NCBI GenBank assembly: GCA_965649765.1
Contig: OZ287754.1
Location: forward strand, 24,986,001-25,050,000
Length of the DNA stretch: 64,000 nucleotides
Reading direction: 5' to 3'
Source: Bispira polyomma
Lineage: Eukaryota
The translations under genes and the position numbers were made by a program. The notes beneath the pieces are model-generated. The model saw nothing but the letters and a program-made list of their open reading frames with translations, searched no databases and was not told the origin of the DNA. Below are positions 41,901 to 53,900 of the stretch, one piece after another; the stretch's first letter is position 1, and every line of letters starts with the position of its first letter.

Positions 41901-44900
41901 TAAATATCAAATTATGTAGAATTATTGAAAGCTTTTTATTGAAGGCATTTTATGTTTAGTGGTTCAGATTTACATTACTACAATTTATATCCTCAATAAA
42001 AGTTCAGCACAAATAATTCGGGTGGTAAGTGAAGGTGTAATAAGGTAATTTCAAGAAAATACAATTCAGGTGGCTGGCATGAGTACCTCTACCTGGTCTA
42101 TAATGAATGTTTTACCCACTTGGCCTGAGTGACAAATCAAACAAACAACCAAAGAAACTCTGGCTACTGCAACCAGTCAACTTATCAAAACATACAGATG
42201 TTGTCTTGGGTACAGCATGAATTACTTTAACTCCTATTTTGTGTATCCTCACCTTGGCAACCAGTGTTGTCTTCCTTGAGGACTTTGTCATTACTACAAG
42301 CCGTGCAACTGTCATGTGAGTCACATGCTGCACAATCTTCCATTGTCTCAGAGCAAGCTGAATATAGCATTATATATATATATATAAGTTCAAAACAAAA
42401 CATTTGGGTAGTAAGTGAAGGTGTAATAAGTACTCAGTTCCTGAAAATAGGATTTGGGTGCCTGTGTTATGGGTGGGGGCCTGGAACTACAGATGCCTTT
42501 ACCTGGTAAATTGAAACTGGATTCAAATCTAGGTTTACTGTGTTCCTAAGCGAATGTGGTATCCACTGGGACACAGTGACCAATAAAAGAAATGATAATG
42601 CTTTTCAAGATCAAGTTTTGTATTTCTTATTGAAAGCAATCATCAATTGAAAATATGTACTAAAAGTAACACAAAAATTTAAACATATATGTTATTACTA
42701 AATAAAGATTCATGGAAAGATACACAAAATGTTAAATATATACACTAAATCACTACAAACTTCAAATTCATAGTTATAAAAACACTATTTAAAATTGCTG
42801 AATGGAATGCAAATTTTCTTCCTTTCTTTGAAGTTGTTGGTAAATTATATAAAAGTATTATGTATCTGTAACTAGTGAATACTCAAGACTTAATGTTATC
42901 AGTAATGTAGAAGATTGAATTTAAATTTTTAAAGTTGATCGACTCTTGAATAAACTTAGCACATACTGTCTAGATACTCCAGTGTTACTCAGCATGTTTG
43001 ACAATGGACATTATTGTTTACCAATGATTTTTGAAGGGATATTCAAATTTGTTGACTAAACACAAATAGTTTAGGCAATAAGTGATGCGTGTTCACATAT
43101 TCAGAAAATAGGATTCGAGTAGCAGTTTCACAACAGGTATAGATACCTTACCTTGTTGATCGATACTGGTTTCAAACAAAGGTTTTCTGTGTTCCTAAGC
43201 GGATGTGTTACCCACTAGGCCAGAGTAACAGATAAAACAAACGATCAAAAAAACTGTAACTAATTATGTAAAACTTATCAAAAACATTAATCTGTTGTCT
43301 TGGTTAAGGCATGACTTAACTTAAATTTATTTTGTGTATACTCACTTTGACAGCCAGTGTTGTCTTGCTTGATGACTTTGTCATTACTACAAGCCGTACA
43401 ACTGTCATGTGAGTCACATACTGCACAATCTTCCATGGTGTCAGAGCAAGCTGAATATAAAAATGTATTTAGCATATTGTGTTTGGTTGTACAGATTTAC
43501 ATTACTACAATTTATCTCCTTAATATAAGTTCAGCACCAATAATTTCGGTTGTAAGTGAATGTGTAATAGATACTCAGTTTCAGAAAATAAGAATCGAAC
43601 GGCTTTGTTACGGGCGGGTATCCGGAAGTATGAGTACCTTTACCTGGTCGATCAAGACTGGATTCAAACCTAGGTCAGTGTTCCATAGTGAATGTGGTAT
43701 CAACTATGACACAGTGACTGATAAAACAAACGAGGATGCTTTTAAATATCAAATTATGTAGAATTATTGAAAGCTTTTTATTGAAGGCATTTTATGTTTA
43801 GTGGTTCAGATTTACATTACTACAATTTATATCCTCAATAAAAGTTCAGCACAAATAATTCGGGTGGTAAGTGAAGGTGTAATAAGGTAATTTCAAGAAA
43901 ATACAATTCAGGTGGCTGGCATGAGTACCTCTACCTGGTCTATAATGAATGTTTTACCCACTTGGCCTGAGTGACAAATCAAACAAACAACCAAAGAAAC
44001 TCTGGCTACTGCAACCAGTCAACTTATCAAAACATACAGATGTTGTCTTGGGTACAGCATGAATTACTTTAACTCCTATTTTGTGTATCCTCACCTTGGC
44101 AACCAGTGTTGTCTTCCTTGAGGACTTTGTCATTACTACAAGCCGTGCAACTGTCATGTGAGTCACATGCTGCACAATCTTCCATTGTCTCAGAGCAAGC
44201 TGAATATAGCATTATATATATATATATAAGTTCAAAACAAAACATTTGGGTAGTAAGTGAAGGTGTAATAAGTACTCAGTTCCTGAAAATAGGATTTGGG
44301 TGCCTGTGTTATGGGTGGGGGCCTGGAACTACAGATGCCTTTACCTGGTAAATTGAAACTGGATTCAAATCTAGGTTTACTGTGTTCCTAAGCGAATGTG
44401 GTATCCACTGGGACACAGTGACCAATAAAAGAAATGATAATGCTTTTCAAGATCAAGTTTTGTATTTCTTATTGAAAGCAATCATCAATTGAAAATATGT
44501 ACTAAAAGTAACACAAAAATTTAAACATATATGTTATTACTAAATAAAGATTCATGGAAAGATACACAAAATGTTAAATATATACACTAAATCACTACAA
44601 ACTTCAAATTCATAGTTATAAAAACACTATTTAAAATTGCTGAATGGAATGCAAATTTTCTTCCTTTCTTTGAAGTTGTTGGTAAATTATATAAAAGTAT
44701 TATGTATCTGTAACTAGTGAATACTCAAGACTTAATGTTATCAGTAATGTAGAAGATTGAATTTAAATTTTTAAAGTTGATCGACTCTTGAATAAACTTA
44801 GCACATACTGTCTAGATACTCCAGTGTTACTCAGCATGTTTGACAATGGACATTATTGTTTACCAATGATTTTTGAAGGGATATTCAAATTTGTTGACTA

Positions 44901-47900
44901 AACACAAATAGTTTAGGCAATAAGTGATGCGTGTTCACATATTCAGAAAATAGGATTCGAGTAGCAGTTTCACAACAGGTATAGATACCTTACCTTGTTG
45001 ATCGATACTGGTTTCAAACAAAGGTTTTCTGTGTTCCTAAGCGGATGTGTTACCCACTAGGCCAGAGTAACAGATAAAACAAACGATCAAAAAAACTGTA
45101 ACTAATTATGTAAAACTTATCAAAAACATTAATCTGTTGTCTTGGTTAAGGCATGACTTAACTTAAATTTATTTTGTGTATACTCACTTTGACAGCCAGT
45201 GTTGTCTTGCTTGATGACTTTGTCATTACTACAAGCCGTACAACTGTCATGTGAGTCACATACTGCACAATCTTCCATGGTGTCAGAGCAAGCTGAATAT
45301 AAAAATGTATTTAGCATATTGTGTTTGGTTGTACAGATTTACATTACTACAATTTATCTCCTTAATATAAGTTCAGCACCAATAATTTCGGTTGTAAGTG
45401 AATGTGTAATAGATACTCAGTTTCAGAAAATAAGAATCGAACGGCTTTGTTACGGGCGGGTATCCGGAAGTATGAGTACCTTTACCTGGTCGATCAAGAC
45501 TGGATTCAAACCTAGGTCAGTGTTCCATAGTGAATGTGGTATCAACTATGACACAGTGACTGATAAAACAAACGAGGATGCTTTTAAATATCAAATTATG
45601 TAGAATTATTGAAAGCTTTTTATTGAAGGCATTTTATGTTTAGTGGTTCAGATTTACATTACTACAATTTATATCCTCAATAAAAGTTCAGCACAAATAA
45701 TTCGGGTGGTAAGTGAAGGTGTAATAAGGTAATTTCAAGAAAATACAATTCAGGTGGCTGGCATGAGTACCTCTACCTGGTCTATAATGAATGTTTTACC
45801 CACTTGGCCTGAGTGACAAATCAAACAAACAACCAAACAAACTCTGGCTACTGCAACCAGTCAACTTATCAAAACATACAGATGTTGTCTTGGGTACAGC
45901 ATGAATTACTTTAACTCCTATTTTGTGTATCCTCACCTTGGCAACCAGTGTTGTCTTCCTTGAGGACTTTGTCATTACTACAAGCCGTGCAACTGTCATG
46001 TGAGTCACATGCTGCACAATCTTCCATTGTCTCAGAGCAAGCTGAATATAGCATTATATATATATATATAAGTTCAAAACAAAACATTTGGGTAGTAAGT
46101 GAAGGTGTAATAAGTACTCAGTTCCTGAAAATAGGATTTGGGTGCCTGTGTTATGGGTGGGGGCCTGGAACTACAGATGCCTTTACCTGGTAAATTGAAA
46201 CTGGATTCAAATCTAGGTTTACTGTGTTCCTAAGCGAATGTGGTATCCACTGGGACACAGTGACCAATAAAAGAAATGATAATGCTTTTCAAGATCAAGT
46301 TTTGTATTTCTTATTGAAAGCAATCATCAATTGAAAATATGTACTAAAAGTAACACAAAAATTTAAACATATATGTTATTACTAAATAAAGATTCATGGA
46401 AAGATACACAAAATGTTAAATATATACACTAAATCACTACAAACTTCAAATTCATAGTTATAAAAACACTATTTAAAATTGCTGAATGGAATGCAAATTT
46501 TCTTCCTTTCTTTGAAGTTGTTGGTAAATTATATAAAAGTATTATGTATCTGTAACTAGTGAATACTCAAGACTTAATGTTATCAGTAATGTAGAAGATT
46601 GAATTTAAATTTTTAAAGTTGATCGACTCTTGAATAAACTTAGCACATACTGTCTAGATACTCCAGTGTTACTCAGCATGTTTGACAATGGACATTATTG
46701 TTTACCAATGATTTTTGAAGGGATATTCAAATTTGTTGACTAAACACAAATAGTTTAGGCAATAAGTGATGCGTGTTCACATATTCAGAAAATAGGATTC
46801 GAGTAGCAGTTTCACAACAGGTATAGATACCTTACCTTGTTGATCGATACTGGTTTCAAACAAAGGTTTTCTGTGTTCCTAAGCGGATGTGTTACCCACT
46901 AGGCCAGAGTAACAGATAAAACAAACGATCAAAAAAACTGTAACTAATTATGTAAAACTTATCAAAAACATTAATCTGTTGTCTTGGTTAAGGCATGACT
47001 TAACTTAAATTTATTTTGTGTATACTCACTTTGACAGCCAGTGTTGTCTTGCTTGATGACTTTGTCATTACTACAAGCCGTACAACTGTCATGTGAGTCA
47101 CATACTGCACAATCTTCCATGGTGTCAGAGCAAGCTGAATATAAAAATGTATTTAGCATATTGTGTTTGGTTGTACAGATTTACATTACTACAATTTATC
47201 TCCTTAATATAAGTTCAGCACCAATAATTTCGGTTGTAAGTGAATGTGTAATAGATACTCAGTTTCAGAAAATAAGAATCGAACGGCTTTGTTACGGGCG
47301 GGTATCCGGAAGTATGAGTACCTTTACCTGGTCGATCAAGACTGGATTCAAACCTAGGTCAGTGTTCCATAGTGAATGTGGTATCAACTATGACACAGTG
47401 ACTGATAAAACAAACGAGGATGCTTTTAAATATCAAATTATGTAGAATTATTGAAAGCTTTTTATTGAAGGCATTTTATGTTTAGTGGTTCAGATTTACA
47501 TTACTACAATTTATATCCTCAATAAAAGTTCAGCACAAATAATTCGGGTGGTAAGTGAAGGTGTAATAAGGTAATTTCAAGAAAATACAATTCAGGTGGC
47601 TGGCATGAGTACCTCTACCTGGTCTATAATGAATGTTTTACCCACTTGGCCTGAGTGACAAATCAAACAAACAACCAAAGAAACTCTGGCTACTGCAACC
47701 AGTCAACTTATCAAAACATACAGATGTTGTCTTGGGTACAGCATGAATTACTTTAACTCCTATTTTGTGTATCCTCACCTTGGCAACCAGTGTTGTCTTC
47801 CTTGAGGACTTTGTCATTACTACAAGCCGTGCAACTGTCATGTGAGTCACATGCTGCACAATCTTCCATTGTCTCAGAGCAAGCTGAATATAGCATTATA

Positions 47901-50900
47901 TATATATATATAAGTTCAAAACAAAACATTTGGGTAGTAAGTGAAGGTGTAATAAGTACTCAGTTCCTGAAAATAGGATTTGGGTGCCTGTGTTATGGGT
48001 GGGGGCCTGGAACTACAGATGCCTTTACCTGGTAAATTGAAACTGGATTCAAATCTAGGTTTACTGTGTTCCTAAGCGAATGTGGTATCCACTGGGACAC
48101 AGTGACCAATAAAAGAAATGATAATGCTTTTCAAGATCAAGTTTTGTATTTCTTATTGAAAGCAATCATCAATTGAAAATATGTACTAAAAGTAACACAA
48201 AAATTTAAACATATATGTTATTACTAAATAAAGATTCATGGAAAGATACACAAAATGTTAAATATATACACTAAATCACTACAAACTTCAAATTCATAGT
48301 TATAAAAACACTATTTAAAATTGCTGAATGGAATGCAAATTTTCTTCCTTTCTTTGAAGTTGTTGGTAAATTATATAAAAGTATTATGTATCTGTAACTA
48401 GTGAATACTCAAGACTTAATGTTATCAGTAATGTAGAAGATTGAATTTAAATTTTTAAAGTTGATCGACTCTTGAATAAACTTAGCACATACTGTCTAGA
48501 TACTCCAGTGTTACTCAGCATGTTTGACAATGGACATTATTGTTTACCAATGATTTTTGAAGGGATATTCAAATTTGTTGACTAAACACAAATAGTTTAG
48601 GCAATAAGTGATGCGTGTTCACATATTCAGAAAATAGGATTCGAGTAGCAGTTTCACAACAGGTATAGATACCTTACCTTGTTGATCGATACTGGTTTCA
48701 AACAAAGGTTTTCTGTGTTCCTAAGCGGATGTGTTACCCACTAGGCCAGAGTAACAGATAAAACAAACGATCAAAAAAACTGTAACTAATTATGTAAAAC
48801 TTATCAAAAACATTAATCTGTTGTCTTGGTTAAGGCATGACTTAACTTAAATTTATTTTGTGTATACTCACTTTGACAGCCAGTGTTGTCTTGCTTGATG
48901 ACTTTGTCATTACTACAAGCCGTACAACTGTCATGTGAGTCACATACTGCACAATCTTCCATGGTGTCAGAGCAAGCTGAATATAAAAATGTATTTAGCA
49001 TATTGTGTTTGGTTGTACAGATTTACATTACTACAATTTATCTCCTTAATATAAGTTCAGCACCAATAATTTCGGTTGTAAGTGAATGTGTAATAGATAC
49101 TCAGTTTCAGAAAATAAGAATCGAACGGCTTTGTTACGGGCGGGTATCCGGAAGTATGAGTACCTTTACCTGGTCGATCAAGACTGGATTCAAACCTAGG
49201 TCAGTGTTCCATAGTGAATGTGGTATCAACTATGACACAGTGACTGATAAAACAAACGAGGATGCTTTTAAATATCAAATTATGTAGAATTATTGAAAGC
49301 TTTTTATTGAAGGCATTTTATGTTTAGTGGTTGAGATTTACATTACTACAATTTATATCCTCAATAAAAGTTCAGCACAAATAATTCGGGTGGTAAGTGA
49401 AGGTGTAATAAGGTAATTTCAAGAAAATACAATTCAGGTGGCTGGCATGAGTACCTCTACCTGGTCTATAATGAATGTTTTACCCACTTGGCCTGAGTGA
49501 CAAATCAAACAAACAACCAAAGAAACTCTGGCTACTGCAACCAGTCAACTTATCAAAACATACAGATGTTGTCTTGGGTACAGCATGAATTACTTTAACT
49601 CCTATTTTGTGTATCCTCACCTTGGCAACCAGTGTTGTCTTCCTTGAGGACTTTGTCATTACTACAAGCCGTGCAACTGTCATGTGAGTCACATGCTGCA
49701 CAATCTTCCATTGTCTCAGAGCAAGCTGAATATAGCATTATATATATATATATAAGTTCAAAACAAAACATTTGGGTAGTAAGTGAAGGTGTAATAAGTA
49801 CTCAGTTCCTGAAAATAGGATTTGGGTGCCTGTGTTATGGGTGGGGGCCTGGAACTACAGATGCCTTTACCTGGTAAATTGAAACTGGATTCAAATCTAG
49901 GTTTACTGTGTTCCTAAGCGAATGTGGTATCCACTGGGACACAGTGACCAATAAAAGAAATGATAATGCTTTTCAAGATCAAGTTTTGTATTTCTTATTG
50001 AAAGCAATCATCAATTGAAAATATGTACTAAAAGTAACACAAAAATTTAAACATATATGTTATTACTAAATAAAGATTCATGGAAAGATACACAAAATGT
50101 TAAATATATACACTAAATCACTACAAACTTCAAATTCATAGTTATAAAAACACTATTTAAAATTGCTGAATGGAATGCAAATTTTCTTCCTTTCTTTGAA
50201 GTTGTTGGTAAATTATATAAAAGTATTATGTATCTGTAACTAGTGAATACTCAAGACTTAATGTTATCAGTAATGTAGAAGATTGAATTTAAATTTTTAA
50301 AGTTGATCGACTCTTGAATAAACTTAGCACATACTGTCTAGATACTCCAGTGTTACTCAGCATGTTTGACAATGGACATTATTGTTTACCAATGATTTTT
50401 GAAGGGATATTCAAATTTGTTGACTAAACACAAATAGTTTAGGCAATAAGTGATGCGTGTTCACATATTCAGAAAATAGGATTCGAGTAGCAGTTTCACA
50501 ACAGGTATAGATACCTTACCTTGTTGATCGATACTGGTTTCAAACAAAGGTTTTCTGTGTTCCTAAGCGGATGTGTTACCCACTAGGCCAGAGTAACAGA
50601 TAAAACAAACGATCAAAAAAACTGTAACTAATTATGTAAAACTTATCAAAAACATTAATCTGTTGTCTTGGTTAAGGCATGACTTAACTTAAATTTATTT
50701 TGTGTATACTCACTTTGACAGCCAGTGTTGTCTTGCTTGATGACTTTGTCATTACTACAAGCCGTACAACTGTCATGTGAGTCACATACTGCACAATCTT
50801 CCATGGTGTCAGAGCAAGCTGAATATAAAAATGTATTTAGCATATTGTGTTTGGTTGTACAGATTTACATTACTACAATTTATCTCCTTAATATAAGTTC

Positions 50901-53900
50901 AGCACCAATAATTTCGGTTGTAAGTGAATGTGTAATAGATACTCAGTTTCAGAAAATAAGAATCGAACGGCTTTGTTACGGGCGGGTATCCGGAAGTATG
51001 AGTACCTTTACCTGGTCGATCAAGACTGGATTCAAACCTAGGTCAGTGTTCCATAGTGAATGTGGTATCAACTATGACACAGTGACTGATAAAACAAACG
51101 AGGATGCTTTTAAATATCAAATTATGTAGAATTATTGAAAGCTTTTTATTGAAGGCATTTTATGTTTAGTGGTTCAGATTTACATTACTACAATTTATAT
51201 CCTCAATAAAAGTTCAGCACAAATAATTCGGGTGGTAAGTGAAGGTGTAATAAGGTAATTTCAAGAAAATACAATTCAGGTGGCTGGCATGAGTACCTCT
51301 ACCTGGTCTATAATGAATGTTTTACCCACTTGGCCTGAGTGACAAATCAAACAAACAACCAAAGAAACTCTGGCTACTGCAACCAGTCAACTTATCAAAA
51401 CATACAGATGTTGTCTTGGGTACAGCATGAATTACTTTAACTCCTATTTTGTGTATCCTCACCTTGGCAACCAGTGTTGTCTTCCTTGAGGACTTTGTCA
51501 TTACTACAAGCCGTGCAACTGTCATGTGAGTCACATGCTCAACAATCTTCCATTGTCTCAGAGCAAGCTGAATATAGCATTATATATATATATATAAGTT
51601 CAAAACAAAACATTTGGGTAGTAAGTGAAGGTGTAATAAGTACTCAGTTCCTGAAAATAGGATTTGGGTGCCTGTGTTATGGGTGGGGGCCTGGAACTAC
51701 AGATGCCTTTACCTGGTAAATTGAAACTGGATTCAAATCTAGGTTTACTGTGTTCCTAAGCGAATGTGGTATCCACTGGGACACAGTGACCAATAAAAGA
51801 AATGATAATGCTTTTCAAGATCAAGTTTTGTATTTCTTATTGAAAGCAATCATCAATTGAAAATATGTACTAAAAGTAACACAAAAATTTAAACATATAT
51901 GTTATTACTAAATAAAGATTCATGGAAAGATACACAAAATGTTAAATATATACACTAAATCACTACAAACTTCAAATTCATAGTTATAAAAACACTATTT
52001 AAAATTGCTGAATGGAATGCAAATTTTCTTCCTTTCTTTGAAGTTGTTGGTAAATTATATAAAAGTATTATGTATCTGTAACTAGTGAATACTCAAGACT
52101 TAATGTTATCAGTAATGTAGAAGATTGAATTTAAATTTTTAAAGTTGATCGACTCTTGAATAAACTTAGCACATACTGTCTAGATACTCCAGTGTTACTC
52201 AGCATGTTTGACAATGGACATTATTGTTTACCAATGATTTTTGAAGGGATATTCAAATTTGTTGACTAAACACAAATAGTTTAGGCAATAAGTGATGCGT
52301 GTTCACATATTCAGAAAATAGGATTCGAGTAGCAGTTTCACAACAGGTATAGATACCTTACCTTGTTGATCGATACTGGTTTCAAACAAAGGTTTTCTGT
52401 GTTCCTAAGCGGATGTGTTACCCACTAGGCCAGAGTAACAGATAAAACAAACGATCAAAAAAACTGTAACTAATTATGTAAAACTTATCAAAAACATTAA
52501 TCTGTTGTCTTGGTTAAGGCATGACTTAACTTAAATTTATTTTGTGTATACTCACTTTGACAGCCAGTGTTGTCTTGCTTGATGACTTTGTCATTACTAC
52601 AAGCCGTACAACTGTCATGTGAGTCACATACTGCACAATCTTCCATGGTGTCAGAGCAAGCTGAATATAAAAATGTATTTAGCATATTGTGTTTGGTTGT
52701 ACAGATTTACATTACTACAATTTATCTCCTTAATATAAGTTCAGCACCAATAATTTCGGTTGTAAGTGAATGTGTAATAGACAGTTTCAGAAAATAAGAT
52801 TCGAACGGCTTTGTTACGGGCGGGTATCCGGAAGTATGAGTACCTTTACCTGGTCGATCAAGACTGGATTCAAACCTAGGTCAGTGTTCCATAGTGAATG
52901 TGGTATCATATTACATTACTACAATTTATATCCTCAATAGAAGTTCAGCACAAATAATTCGGGTGGTAAGTGAAGGTGTAATAAGGTAGTAATTTCAAGA
53001 AAATACAATTCAGGTGGCTGGCATGAGTACCTCTACCTGGTCTATAAAGACTGGATTCAAACCTAGGTTCTATGTGTAATCTCCAATGAATGTTTTATCC
53101 ACTAGGCCTGAGTGACAAATCAAACAAACAACCAAAGAAACTCTGGCTACTGCAACCAATCAACTTATCAAAACATACAGATGTTGTCTTGGGTACAGCA
53201 TGAATTACTTTAACTTCTATTTTGTGTATACTCACTTTGGCAACCAGTGTTGTCTTACTTGAGGACTTTGTCATTACTACAAGCCGTACAACTGTCATGT
53301 GAGTCACATGCTGCACAATCTTCCATTGTCTCAGAGCAAGCGAGCATTATATTTAGCATTTTGTGTTATATAGTACAGATTTGTATTACTACAAGTTATC
53401 TCCTTGATAACTTAAGCACAAATAGGTTCTGTGATAAGTGAATGTGTAATAGTGTACTTCCTTACTGTGGGCCACTGGTTTCAGTGCAGAACCTTGACCG
53501 ACTGTATGCAGTGTTCCTCCAGCATTTCCAACTACCCGTCCCAATATAACCTACTAAAAGGTACTAGAGTGGATGTTAAATATCCAAATTCAAAGTAATA
53601 GTGTACTAATTTCCAGAAAATAGAATTTGGGTGGCTGTGGCATTGGCTGGTATGAGTACCTTTACCTGGTCGATCAAGACTGGATTCAAACTTAAGTTGA
53701 CCGTATTTCTAAGCAAATGTGTTACCCACTAGGTAAGAGTGACAGATAAAACAAATGGTCAAAGAAACTATAATTAATTATGTAAAGCTTATCAAAATAT
53801 TAATCTCTTATCTTGCCTACCGCGTGACTTACCTTAACTATTATTTTGTGTGTACTCACCTTGACAACCAGTCTTGTCTTCTTTAGGAGCTTTGTCATTA

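Larger units (their letters stand above)
30497..52780. repeat. near-perfect higher-order tandem array, 12 x 1842-1844 bp, two exons per unit
   Basis: Identical ORFs recur at 1842/1844-bp spacing, and the 2-bp difference is one TA in a (TA)n tract. Type A exons (CSDTMEDCAVCDSHDSCTACSNDKVIKQDNTGCQ) start at 32288, 34132, 35976, 37820, 39662, 41504, 43346, 45188, 47030, 48872, 50714 and 52556. Type B exons (CSETMEDCAACDSHDSCTACSNDKVLKEDNTGCQ) start at 31195, 33037, 34881, 36725, 38569, 40411, 42253, 44095, 45937, 47779, 49621 and 51463. Each exon is 105 nt. Confidence 0.97.

Noticed and set aside
51539-51541. TGA as selenocysteine
   Set aside because: It replaces Ala in a single copy, and no SECIS element was identified.
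30497-52780. CRISPR-like or prokaryotic repeat array
   Set aside because: Units are 1.8 kb with no unique spacers, there are no cas genes, and the context is eukaryotic with spliceosomal introns.
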